From Albugo candida (lineage: Eukaryota), in assembly GCA_040437565.1 (NCBI GenBank), contig JBDOQK010000018.1, positions 186,001 through 250,000 of the forward strand: a DNA stretch of 64,000 bases, in the 5' to 3' direction. Positions 29,772 to 42,251 of this stretch are shown piece by piece. Position 1 is the stretch's first letter. Each line of letters begins with the position of its first letter. The translations under genes and the position numbers were made by a program. The notes under the pieces are model-generated. The model searched no databases and was not told the DNA's origin. It was given only the letters and a program-made list of their open reading frames with translations.

Positions 29772-32309
29772 ATGTCTCTGCAAGAATTAGCTGCACATGT
29801 TTGTGTTGCTAACACATCAAATTCTGTTTTTCGCGATGAATGCATGTACTCATTTGATTCCCCTTTCTCTGAGGGTGGTTTATATACCAATCTCATTTCG
29901 CTCGAGTCTGTCGGAGAACCGTTTTTGTTACTCGATCAGAAAAAAAATCCAAATGCCATTTACTTGCATCAAAAATTTGTAAAATCAAAAATTCCTGTAG
30001 ACAAAGACAGACAGGAAACGGTACCAACAAAACTCGCTATTGGTGGCAAAGGCGGCTTTCTCAACGATTCGGAATCCAATCAGTTTGAGGTTACTAAAAG
30101 TTTCGAAGTTGTTGTGTTTGAGCCTAATTCAAAGAAAGAAAAAGTACGGGTCCAATTCCCATCCGAACAAATTCCTCCTGTTGTCAATGACGCCATAGAT
30201 GCTGTATTGAATCATGCTGGAAATGTTGTGCAGGAGACAGTGGCCACATGGCAAGAGGAGCTCAAAGAAACAAAGTACGCTGCTGATTTGATGCAAGTCC
30301 CAAATCCTCCTAAACTATCAGCCAATCCACAAACATGGAAATGTCAAGGTGATAATTGTGATATGCGTGAAAATCTCTGGCTAAATCTTTCCGATGGTTT
30401 TATCGGTTGTGGACGTAAGAATTGGGATGGCTCTGGTGGATGTGGTGCTGCGCTAACGCATTATGAGCAAACAGGTAAGAAGTATCCACTCGCAGTGAAA
30501 CTCGGTACTATAACCGCAAAGGAAGGAGATGTCTTCAGCTATGCGGCGGATGAAGATGATCTAGTAGTTGACAAGTACCTCTCTTCTCATTTAGCTCATT
30601 TTGGAATCAATATTCAGAATCTAAAAAAGACTGACAAGTCCATGAACGAACTCCAAGTGGGATTGAATATGAGCTACGACTTTGATGCAATTACGGAGAA
30701 AGGAAAAACACTAGTACCAATTTCTGGAGCCGGTTACATCGGCTTCACCAATTTAGGAAATAGCTGCTACATCAATTCCGTCTTACAGCTACTTTTGGCT
30801 TTACCGGAAATGCAGTCTCGATACTTTGACGCAGCGGAAAATATTTTCTCTACTTCGATGGTACCGTCAGAAGATTTCGCAGTGCAAATGGCAAAAGTTG
30901 CTACTGCAATTCTATCCGATCGTTATAAACGCAACGTATCGATAGAAACTGGTGAGAAAGATTTACACGGAATCGACATTCGACCGAGTACTTTTAGAGC
31001 ACTCGTAGGGCGGGGCCATGCCGCATTTTCGACTCAGGAACAGCAAGATGCCGTCGAATATTTGCAACACCTTCTTGACTATATGAAGAGAAGCGAGCAC
31101 GCCACCAAGTCGCGAATCGGACCTTTATTCCCTGATAAACCCAACTCCGAACTACTAGCCAGTCCTTCCTTATTTCAATTTTCGTTCCAAGATCGTATTG
31201 AGTGCTTGCAATCACACAAAGTGAGATACCTCACTCGTGATGACCTCATTCTTCGACTACAAATTCCTCTTGAGTGTGCCACCAATGCTCCTGAGGTAAG
31301 AGAATTCCAAGAGAGTAGCAGCAAGCGTCAGCGGGTCGTGGATGGAAAAGTAGACGAGCAAGCAGTTGATACAAGTCGTGTTATACCAGACGTACCTTTT
31401 AATGCTTGCTTGGATCGTACATTTTCGTCGGAGCTGGTTGAAGACTTTTTATCTTCTGCAACTGGTACGAAAGGAACAGCTCAACAGACCGTACGAATGA
31501 AGACATTTCCGCGGTATTTGCTTCTGCAAATGGCGAGATTCTACGCTGCTGAAGACTGGACACCAAAAAAACTTGAAGTCTCTGTTCGTGTACCGGAACA
31601 AATTTCCTTACAAAATTATCGCTCAGAAGGATTACAGGAAGGTGAAGAGATTCTACCAGACTCTCCAACTTGTGCAACTCCACAAAACCAGGAAATAACA
31701 CCAGATGAAAACTTGGTTGCTCAATTAGTATCAATGGGGTTTTCAGAAAATGGCTGCAAGAAAGCAGCGATAGCAACCTCGAATGGCTCAGCGGAAGCAG
31801 CGATGGAATGGATTCTGACTCATATGGAAGATGATAACTTTAATGATGATGTAGCCATGACAAATCAAGATCACATAGACGATCATATCAGTGCTGAGCA
31901 TTTGGGTACTCTGACTTCCTTGGGATTTTCGGAAAATCAAGTCGAGGTTGCGCTTCGAATGACAAGCAATGATGTAGACAGAGCCGCTGAATGGTTGTTT
32001 AGTCACATGGATGACCTCGATGAAGTTGTTGCAAAGTATCAAGTCACTGATTCCGTTCCGGCACCAAACGCTTCGGAACATAAGGAAAGGCTCGATAATT
32101 CCTCTTGTGGAGACTATACTCTTGTTGGCTTTATCAGTCACATTGGCAAGAACTCCAACTCTGGGCACTACGTATGTCATCTGAAAAAACAAGGCCGCTG
32201 GATCATTTTCAATGACGATAATGTTGCCCTATCGGAAGTACCACCTTTCAGCTCTGGATTTCTTTATTTATTTCGGCGTAATGATTGCAGTATCCCAGCT
32301 AGCAAATGA
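29772..32309 (+). CDS. USP5: Ubiquitin C-terminal hydrolase, USP5/USP13/UBP14 (isopeptidase T) family
   Basis: Single exon. ZnF-UBP (NLWLNLSDGFIGCGR), Cys box GFTNLGNSCYINSVLQ, QQDAVEY, two UBA domains, His box HIGKNSNSGHYVCH..WIIFND. Confidence 0.97.
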   Translation: MSLQELAAHVCVANTSNSVFRDECMYSFDSPFSEGGLYTNLISLESVGEPFLLLDQKKNPNAIYLHQKFVKSKIPVDKDRQETVPTKLAIGGKGGFLNDSESNQFEVTKSFEVVVFEPNSKKEKVRVQFPSEQIPPVVNDAIDAVLNHAGNVVQETVATWQEELKETKYAADLMQVPNPPKLSANPQTWKCQGDNCDMRENLWLNLSDGFIGCGRKNWDGSGGCGAALTHYEQTGKKYPLAVKLGTITAKEGDVFSYAADEDDLVVDKYLSSHLAHFGINIQNLKKTDKSMNELQVGLNMSYDFDAITEKGKTLVPISGAGYIGFTNLGNSCYINSVLQLLLALPEMQSRYFDAAENIFSTSMVPSEDFAVQMAKVATAILSDRYKRNVSIETGEKDLHGIDIRPSTFRALVGRGHAAFSTQEQQDAVEYLQHLLDYMKRSEHATKSRIGPLFPDKPNSELLASPSLFQFSFQDRIECLQSHKVRYLTRDDLILRLQIPLECATNAPEVREFQESSSKRQRVVDGKVDEQAVDTSRVIPDVPFNACLDRTFSSELVEDFLSSATGTKGTAQQTVRMKTFPRYLLLQMARFYAAEDWTPKKLEVSVRVPEQISLQNYRSEGLQEGEEILPDSPTCATPQNQEITPDENLVAQLVSMGFSENGCKKAAIATSNGSAEAAMEWILTHMEDDNFNDDVAMTNQDHIDDHISAEHLGTLTSLGFSENQVEVALRMTSNDVDRAAEWLFSHMDDLDEVVAKYQVTDSVPAPNASEHKERLDNSSCGDYTLVGFISHIGKNSNSGHYVCHLKKQGRWIIFNDDNVALSEVPPFSSGFLYLFRRNDCSIPASK

Positions 32310-34350
32310 GACGAGCCAGCTCAGTTTCATCCACTATCTCATCAAATTCGTCACCGTAATCGAATTCCTGCTCCACAAGCTGAATCTCTGATGTATCTGC
32401 CGGCTTTGCTCCAACTTGGGACCAATTTGAAATCGAAGGGAATTTAAGTAATCGATTGGATTTCTTTTTTCGTCGACCTCGTCGTCTCATTGCTTGCCTC
32501 TCCAAAGTCTCTATCCTTGGCAGACTCACAGCGTACCCGTGCACTGCATGTTCCCTCGCTTGTTTCTTCTGTTTGTTATCATCGCAAGAAATTGAAATTC
32601 GTACTTGTTCATCCTTTCCCGAGGTTTTGTGATTGTGACTGTCCGTGACTCCTTGTTGTTCCAATTTGGCAGAGACTAGAGCTCGTTGTGCTGCCGCTAG
32701 TGCACGAGCGATGCCCTGATGGTATAATCGCACAAGACGTTCTTCCTTACTCATCATTAAGCGCTCTTTTTGCTCTTCTTCCAAAGCTGCTTGACGTTTT
32801 TTCTGTATCATAATCAGCTTTTGCCGACGAATCGATTTCGCGATGAATCGAACCCTTTTGTCCTCGCGTTCCATCAAACTTCTCTCAGCATTCAAAATCT
32901 ACCCAGAAACAAAGTCCATGTTGATCATTACTCAAACCGTACAACACAACTGATACCTCCATTGCTTGCTGCTGTTTTTGTGTCGCTTCCATTTGTCTTT
33001 TGGCTTCATTTTTTCTTGCTATCATTGCTTGCCTGATAAGTGAACCTCTTTGACGCCGAATCTCAGCTTCCATTGCTTTTCTGGTATCGACTTGCTTACA
33101 TTCCTCCTTCATTGCGGTCGAAACTTTTTGTGATCCAGGCTGAACAGCAGAAGGAATACTTGCTCCAGGTGGGACCCATGCGGCTCGGTCTGAAGCTGAC
33201 GCAGCCTTTGTTGGTGCAGATTTGAACCTGATATTCCGTTGCTTTGAGTTGACATGCTGATCCTGTTTTATTTTCACCCGATTACGCTGCGGACTTCTTT
33301 GATCGGAAAGCTGAATCGGACGATTCTTGGCCGATGCGTCAGTTTTGATATGTCGCTTCGTCACTCGAGCACTTTGTTGTACGACGTTTTGATTAATGCG
33401 GAATCTCTCACGCCGACGAAGGAACTTCCTTGCGGTACGCTGAATGTGAGCTGCTGCATCATTCTGTATATACTGGCGGTAGAGCGACTTGATACGAATT
33501 CGGACAAGGTACCCCCTTGCATGAGCCTGAATTCTGCAAATATAATAGAGAATATCCAGGTATATCTTCCTTGCAATGTATGATCGTGCACAAGCTTGGA
33601 TTTTGACGGCTGCTGCATATTCTAGATTATATTGAGCAGCTTTACTTTTTAACTGGGAAAACGTTTGTTCTGCGATTTTACGTCGTACAAAACACTGCAA
33701 TATCGTGGCTGTTCTTGTCATCATGTAGACTTCTTGAAGCTCTCGTTGGCGAGCACATTTGAGCTGAATTACTTTCCGGCAGACTTCATTTAAAAGACTT
33801 AATCTTTCTCTCTCTCGTTGTATTCGAATGATACGATAGCCACTGCGAGCGACCCAGCCGCGCCACGCACCCTGAAGCCTCACGGCTGCATTATACTCAA
33901 CCATACGCAAATAACGACAGTGTTGCCGGTATGCATTCTGTATACGCGTTGCAGCATACGACCAGTGATTCAGAATTCGTTTGCTCTCCCTTTCCTTCTT
34001 GCGTTGAATTTGCTGCGAAATCTCTTCAATCTTTCGAATCTAAAAATTCAAAGTTTTATGAGAGAAGAATCTGAACGTTTATTTGAGCAATGCTACCTCG
34101 CTATCTATCTTCTTCTGCTGATTTTGTATTGCTTCTGCGCGTTTGACAATACTGAGTTTTGCACGCTCTTTTGCTGCAGATGCTGCATTAAGACTGCTGT
34201 CCTGAAAATTGGTAACGTGTCTTTTAGTGAATTTACTTGATATTCCTACAGAATACGAGTATCATGACTTGTTCCAATCCTGCAAAACTCACATGTCGTG
34301 TTACCTGCCTGGTAAAAGCTCGGGTTTGTATTCAAATTCATCCCAGACAT
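32299..34350 (-). CDS. IQ calmodulin-binding motif / coiled-coil protein
   Basis: Multiple IQ motifs (LQGAWRGW, IQACARSY, IQAHARGY, IQRTARKF). Upstream exons splice in frame from ATG 34350. Confidence 0.8.
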
Positions 34351-34394
34351 TTGCTCCATTTTGTGCCGTTTCAAGCTCCAATCTATTCACATTA

Positions 34395-34406
34395 CTGATT
34401 GGCTAA
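34395..34406. promoter_or_regulatory. CCAAT-box-like element (CTGATTGGCTAA) in a divergent promoter region
   Basis: 45 nt upstream of the IQ gene ATG. Further CCAAT copies lie near 34423 and 34548, and an INR-like GCTCATT near 34587. Confidence 0.45.
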
Positions 34407-35126
34407 TTACATTTTTATTGTACCAATCGCGTTACATCCTGCAAGTCTCATGAAAGGCTACAAAAAGGACAGTTACAGTGATTAAAGAGATGCCGTAATT
34501 ACATATATAGCTAAAGATCTTGAGATTCTATACTCATGTATTTCAGCCAATAACGCGCTTGATCTGGATGACAGTAATAAGCAAATGCTCATTTGGCCTT
34601 GCTTGAATTGAGCAAATATTCTCTCACAAGACGATAACTTTTGTACAGTCTGGTTCCCATTTCTTTGTGACAGTCATAACGCATCTCACTTACAGCTGTG
34701 AGTGATTTGTCCTCTTTCCAAACGCGTAGTCAGGAGCTATTATCGTCATTCGATTCGGCTCACACCGAATCTGTCGACCAGTATGCTTGGTAAAAGAAAT
34801 AACTGCGAGTCTGCAAAAGCGAATAACGCAGGATTCCCATGCATTGAAATCAAGAAAGCCACTTCCTCACTCATGGGACCAGCAGCTTCGGATGNNNNNN
34901 NNNNNNNNNNNNNNNNNNNNNNNNNNNNNNNNNNNNNNNNNNNNNNNNNNNNNNNNNNNNNNNNNNNNNNNNNNNNNNNNNNNNNNNNNNNNNNTGGTTC
35001 CCATTTCTTTGTGACAGTCATAACGCATCTCACTTACAGCTGTGAGTGATTTGTCCTCTTTCCAAACGCGTAGTCAGGAGCTATTATCGTCATTCGATTC
35101 GGCTCACACCGAATCTGTCGACCAGT

Positions 35127-38100
35127 ATGCTTGGTAAAAGAAATAACTGCGAGTCTGCAAAAGCGAATAACGCAGGATTCCCATGCATTGAAATCAAGAA
35201 AGCCACTTCCTCACTCATGGGACCAGCAGCTTCGGATGACAACGACTTTGACAGCGTCTCGCCTTATCAGCCCGTACAACTGACTTCGAAGGCTGCAAGT
35301 TCACGTCTCACTCATATAAGATCACGAATAGGAAGAAGATATCAAGCAGTCATTCCGGAATTGATTTGTAAGCAAGAAAAGGGTGGAAATAAAAAAGCTT
35401 TGACTCTCGACTCGGAACGAGAAAATAGACCGGCAAAGCTCAAATTCAGTGCACAAAAAAGCAAAAGTAATGAATTTGTTTCTCGGTTATTTGTACTTAT
35501 ATTTGACATTGAGAATACAGTGTTAGATCCAGAAATGCTTTCAGAGTATTTAACATTTGCCGTCACGTTGCGAGAATGCTCCACTGGTATAAATGAGTCG
35601 AAACAGGATGTTGAAGCTTTAGCGCTGGATGTACTGCATCGGTGGGATTATGACGTCTTGGACGCTGCATGTGCACTTTATTCTCGTCACTCTTTAAGCG
35701 AAAATGAAGCATATGGAGAAAGAAATCGGGTAACCAGCGCCGTTCCGACGTCGTGTACTGGTGAAGAAATAGATATCCAAGCTGATCCGCTAGTCGATAA
35801 TATGTTGATGACAGGATCAACATCGTCTGGAAGGCTGGAGATCGACACAATCTGTCCTGAAACATCACAAGTACCTCTCGAGAAAACATGCTCGGAGTGG
35901 TTGGACGATTTTTATACCTGTTTAAGCCAACACAGGGTAACTTTAGAGGTAGTGGATCAGCTGGAAGATCTCGAACGACGTGGTGACCATCTCAAGCGCG
36001 CTAAGAAAGCGCACCCTGTAGAATTCCTGGAGTATAATGTAGTAAGACAGATGCTTGAAAGAATACGAATCTGGCGAAAGAAATATGCAACCATCGAGCA
36101 TACAAGAGTTTCTAGAGGCGAAGTACAGAAACTATTATATCGCGCTGAAGACCTCGCCTTATCCATACCTTCCAAAAACATCCTCACCGAACGACTTTAC
36201 CGATTTGATGAAGCGCTTACGGATTTGATGAGATCGTTGGATCATGGAAATGGACGAAATCACTTCAAAGTAACACTTGACACACTCAAAGAAAAACTAG
36301 AGAAGCTTCAAGATACCAAAATTATCTTCAATCAAGAAAAGGGTATCGAAGCCATTGTTGTCGAAGCACAGGCACTGAAAACCTCTTTGAACGAAATGTG
36401 CTCGGACGAAAAAGTTAGTTTGCCGGCAATGCGTGAAGTACTGGCAAAGGTCGAACTTGTCCCCGTCGATTTCGCATCAGACATTGATCGTTTGCAACAT
36501 AAGATCTTGAACGCACAATCTTGGCTGACGAAGGTCCGGAAATTGATTCCTGGGCGTCGACTTACTCGGAAACGCGGCTCTGAACAAGGAGTGGAGATGG
36601 CTAATGATCAGAGGAAGATGGAGTTGGAAGAGATACGAGCTCTTGTGGATGATAATCCATGCGGTGAAAGCTCTGAAGTATTTGAAATGCAGGATCTTCT
36701 GGATTGTGCAAATGCCTGGGCAGATAGAGTTCGTTTGACACTAGAAAAAAATCCGAGTGATGTTTCATTGATTGAGCTCCAGGACTTGATGGAAGAGGCA
36801 AGTTTGATGCCAGTGGAAATGGAAGAAACACAATATATAACTGCAGAGATGGAAGCTCGTATGTGGTCTGATAAAGCGAATGTGATGCTTCAGAATATGA
36901 AATCGCTGGATAAAGTCGAAGCATTGCTTGATGAAGTTGAGAAAATTCGAGCTAAAATGACAGTCAAACGACGATCACGCTGGAAACCTCAATCAGAAAG
37001 GGATTTGCAGACGGCTGTCAATATTGCAAAACGCTGGGTGAACGAGTCGAAAGATATTTTGGGTGTGACGTACTTTGATAAAGTATTTACAGTCAAGTCA
37101 CCTGTCGCTGTTGGAGAGATTCTCTCTCAGCTTGGAGTTGGTGAACTGAGACCATCGAACAAAAAAACTTCCTTATCGACAGTTCTGTCACTTATCGACA
37201 AAGCAAGTCGCGTCCCTATCGATCTTTCATTTTATGTCTCACGACTCGAAAAAGTGATAGAGTTCGGTAAAGGCGTACAGCTAGAAATACGCAAAGTCAT
37301 GGAAAGTATCGCCATTATGGGGATGGTAGCGAATGAACAGCATTCTGGCTCACCTGTGGAGAGATTTGATCTCACAACGGCTACGTCGTTACTCGAAACA
37401 GCAGAAGCATTACCATTCACTTTTGATGAAGCGATCGAGCTTGGAAACGCCGTTCGCAAGGAGAAGGATTGGAGTGATAGGGTACATGCTGCTCTTCCTT
37501 TTCGTCAATCGAGAAAAGTTCGACAACGCCCTGTTCAATTAACCAAAAAAGATCTAAAAGCTTTGCTTGAGGAGTCCAAACATTTGAACTTTAATTTCCA
37601 CAGCGAAGCCCAAATGCTGCAAAAAGAAATCGAAGAAATCGAGTACTGGCAAAGTAGAGCACGTTTGGTTTTGGATCAAAGTATCGAAGAAAATTTCATT
37701 ATTTTGAAACGACTCGAAGCATTTGATCGTAAAGCCGGGGAAGATTTCCAAGAAAAGCGTGAAAAGCGACAACAACAAGAGCGTGATCGTATACATGCAG
37801 CAAAACAAAAGTCCCTTACCCACCAAGCGATGAAAATGGAGACAGAGGATCCGGTTTGCAAAGCTGATATAAAACTCAACGTGACATGCAACTCGACGGT
37901 ACATGTGAGTACCCCGTCACCACATCCTACCATGCTCATCCAGCGGGAGGCAATCATACGGCAAATCCTCAAGGAGAGCGGTAGCAGCCATCGCTGGCCT
38001 TCCTCAGCAGTAGAAGCGGAGGCGGCGAATCACGGTACAAGCAAGATCTCTGTAGGACCAGATACTGTGAAAGATGAATGTGACAAGCCGAACGAAATCC

Positions 38101-41100
38101 ATAAGAAGATTCCAGTCAAAAGGCATAAACCGCCAGGACGACTGCAAAATTCATCGATATTAAAGCCATTCCTCGATATGGTCGAGGAAGATATCGAAGC
38201 CATTACAAAACTTGAAGCAAATAGCAAATTCGACACAAGTATGGATACTCGCGCTAATAACGATTACTCGAACAAAGCCTCCTCGAGCAAATCAACCGCT
38301 GACAGTGAAGCAAGAGAGTCTGATGTAGAAGGATCAGAGACAGCAACAAAAGCCTCCGAAAGCAGTATGGAACAAACGGTTATGGAAAAGGCGGTCAAAA
38401 GTCTTAGTGTTTGGTCCAATAAACTGACTACCATACTCAAGGAAGGCGGTGCACTGAACGCCAGCACACCCGAACGACATCTTTTGAGCCTTATCGTTGA
38501 AACTCTGGACTGGTTAGAACGTTCTAGAGGTTTCTTTCACGAGAGTCAGGTTCCAGTGCTCAAACTGGTACAACAAGGCGAGCATTTGCAAGAAGCCATT
38601 GTGGAGCTACAAGGTCGCTCACAATCGCATCGTCAACCTTCGTGTTCCTCTAGTCTGGATCTACTGTCTTTTTGCTTGTGGCCACTTCCATTTTTACAAT
38701 GTGAAGCCGACATTGTGAACGGATGGACGCGTAAAGTTGAGTCTTTTGTCGAAGAAAAATCGTGTGGTATACAAGAGGCAGAAGANNNNNNNNNNNNNNN
38801 NNNNNNNNNNNNNNNNNNNNNNNNNNNNNNNNNNNNNNNNNNNNNNNNNNNNNNNNNNNNNNNNNNNNNNNNNNNNNNNNNNNNNCACCCGAACGACATC
38901 TTTTGAGCCTTATCGTTGAAACTCTGGACTGGTTAGAACGTTCTAGAGGTTTCTTTCACGAGAGTCAGGTTCCAGTGCTCAAACTGGTACAACAAGGCGA
39001 GCATTTGCAAGAAGCCATTGTGGAGCTACAAGGTCGCTCACAATCGCATCGTCAACCTTCGTGTTCCTCTAGTCTGGATCTACTGTCTTTTTGCTTGTGG
39101 CCACTTCCATTTTTACAATGTGAAGCCGACATTGTGAACGGATGGACGCGTAAAGTTGAGTCTTTTGTCGAAGAAAAATCGTGTGGTATACAAGAGGCAG
39201 AAGATATTGTACAAGAAGGAAGACTCGTATCTCAGATTGAACCAGAATCGTTCAAGTTGTTTTCAGAAGAGATGAAAAAAATCAAATCCTGGCTCTTGAA
39301 GCTGAAAAAGCGTCTCAAGTCGTACATCACAAAGCAAATTGATCGTCTAAGTCTTCCTGTTGCCCAGCAACTGGTCGTTGATGGAATGGAGACCATTTTC
39401 GCTCTTCCAACGATTATATTCTTGAAAGAGCAAGTCAATGCCGCGCAAGATTGGGAAAAAAGACTACTGGAATCTAGAATTGAGACCGGACAAGCACAAG
39501 TCGACTATCTATCTCGCCTACTGAGTGAGTATGATTCATCGAGGTGGGTGATTGACTTGGATATGCATCGTAATGTTTTGCAGACAGCAACGGAGCGCTA
39601 CTGTATCTGTCGTCAACCATACAGCGGTTTTATGATCGGTTGTGATCACTGTGAAGATTGGTTTCATGACACCTGTATTGGTCTTTCGAAAGAACGCGCA
39701 GAGAAGATAGACCATTACACGTGTCCATCCTGCACAATCCTGCTCGAGCTCGTTCAATCACTAAATCAATTCAAAACTATGGCTTCCCACATGGTTCTGA
39801 ATGGTGATACTGACATGTTCAGAATTCAGGACGAGAAACAGTACAAAGCCGCACTTCGAAAGCTACGAAGAGAAGAGAAGGCAGCCGAACGATGTGATCT
39901 ATCATTACAAACTTGTTTAGCTCAAATAGCTCAAGTGCAAACGAAACTAGATCAAATGTCCAAGGAAGCGTATCATTCTCACTGTGTATCGTCCGAGTCA
40001 CCGGCAATCGTATCCGTTCAACCTACTTGCATGATCAAGTCAGCGCACTATGCCCCACCATCAATATCTACTCCAGGAGCATCGTTTCCTTGCAAAGTTG
40101 CAACAGCGTCAAATTCTACCGATCATAGAAAGCAACATTTCGTAATGCCTGAGAGAATTGGTGACACTAGAATGCAGAAAGATCATGAGAAATCATTGGT
40201 TCCACATAGCACAGGCGGCATGCCTGCAATGAATATCACATCATCGTCATGTATGCCAAACATTCTCTTGAATTCAGCAAGTGATCGTGCTCTTCAACCT
40301 CAAACGAAAATATTACCGGCAGCGACACCTTCTCACCACGTCCAAACCTCTTCACAATTACTTGGTCGAGATTCGATAAAGACAGCAGCCACCTCAGGTG
40401 CGATATCACACTTATTACCTCACTTTATGCCGTCGGTCGAGTCATATACACTTTCACACACGAATCCAAATCCAGGCATTAATGGACTACTGTCGGGCAT
40501 CGGACCAAATGAGAGCTTGGACCAGCGGAATTTATCTTTGAATTTGGAGTTGACCAAACTCAAAGCTCAGTATGCGGAGCTTTCAGAACAGCTACATACG
40601 AGTCGAGATCGCGTTAGGCATGCAGAAACGACGCTGAAGGACTTGGCTCAACGCCAGAAAACTCGTCAGGAATGTGCCCCGATTGCATACCAGTGGATAC
40701 ACAACGTTATCGTGCTTGTGTTGAATCAGGTCGAATTTCTATCCGCATCCATCGTTAAACGGGTCCCGTGCTCCGAGTCAGCTGACGCCTTGTCGTATTC
40801 GTTCATCCCAACCGCATATCAGCAGGCAATACAAACCGCCAAACAACAAAACATTCATGAATTTCCACAAATAGAGACGATTATCCGATTATTATTCGAG
40901 ATCGGCTGGAGTTTTGTCATGGTTTGCTTGCTTCAAAAGAGACCACACCGAAACGCGATCGTACATGCTCTCCGATTCGCAGTGCACCATAAACTCTATG
41001 GAAGCCACAAGACATGCTCTTTGTACGCCCAACTCCGTACGCTTGTCCTACGAAGCGATTTATGGATCACCAAAGTCCACAAATGTATTGAGAAATTCAA

Positions 41101-42007
41101 TCCCATTACCGCACAAAAGCAGGGTCGTCTACGGCAAGCTATCAACGAGTACACAAAATTACCATTGACATACGCGCAGCTGCATGAAGATCTGATTACA
41201 TTTTCAAAATTGGCTGAGGATGCTTTCGACGGGATGAACTCGGATTTGAGTTTGTTACAGCATGCAATAGAGGATAGAATGAAGGCGATGCCGACGCTCG
41301 GAATGCTTGGATGTAATTCAAGTGGAGGCTCGACACCATCGAAACAGCCTACTTCCTCTCGCAAGCGGTGTAATGGAAGCTCTGCATCGCCCAGACCGAA
41401 ACAAAAGCGAAAGCCTGGACNNNNNNNNNNNNNNNNNNNNNNNNNNNNNNNNNNNNNNNNNNNNNNNNNNNNNNNNNNNNNNNNNNNNNNNNNNNNNNNN
41501 NNNNNNNNNNNNNNNNNNNNAAGCGATTTATGGATCACCAAAGTCCACAAATGTATTGAGAAATTCAATCCCATTACCGCACAAAAGCAGGGTCGTCTAC
41601 GGCAAGCTATCAACGAGTACACAAAATTACCATTGACATACGCGCAGCTGCATGAAGATCTGATTACATTTTCAAAATTGGCTGAGGATGCTTTCGACGG
41701 GATGAACTCGGATTTGAGTTTGTTACAGCATGCAATAGAGGATAGAATGAAGGCGATGCCGACGCTCGGAATGCTTGGATGTAATTCAAGTGGAGGCTCG
41801 ACACCATCGAAACAGCCTACTTCCTCTCGCAAGCGGTGTAATGGAAGCTCTGCATCGCCCAGACCGAAACAAAAGCGAAAGCCTGGACCATCCGGAATAG
41901 ACCCGAATGAAGTCTCCCAACTTGCTCCTTCCACATTGTCACCAAAATTCGGCCATCAAGTAATCAATAGTCAGAATGCGTCCAAAGCTGAAGTCGCCAA
42001 ACAATAG
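35127..42007 (+). CDS. Large chromatin protein: ELM2 + PLU-1-like helical repeats + PHD finger
   Basis: ELM2-like SRIGRRYQAVIPEL..EALALDVLHRWDYDV, repeated W..(K/R)V..L helical units like KDM5 PLU-1, and PHD YCICRQPY.GFMIGCDHCEDWFH..CIGL..YTCPSC (39599-39733). The two ORFs become one after removing gap-flank duplications. Confidence 0.85.
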
Positions 42008-42251
42008 CATCAATTTTTGTATCGGTANNNNNNNNNNNNNNNNNNNNNNNNNNNNNNNNNNNNNNNNNNNNNNNNNNNNNNNNNNNNNNNNNNNNNNNNN
42101 NNNNNNNNNNNNNNNNNNNNNNNNNNNAAGTCGCCAAACAATAGCATCAATTTTTGTATCGGTATATAAATAAATATGCAAATTCGTTAGGAGCTCAAAG
42201 AATTCGAAATTGGATCTTTTTCACGAACGTGCGCGTTCAATGGCATAAAAA

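Noticed and set aside
38466-39205. Apparent frameshift or two-gene split and internal repeat in the PHD gene
   Set aside because: Disappears when the gap-flank duplicate is collapsed; the same applies to 41053-41888.
40996-41934. 312-aa antisense ORF, and other antisense ORFs over EZH2, USP5 and VMP1
   Set aside because: Shadow frames of real genes, here inflated by N runs and duplication; no independent motifs.
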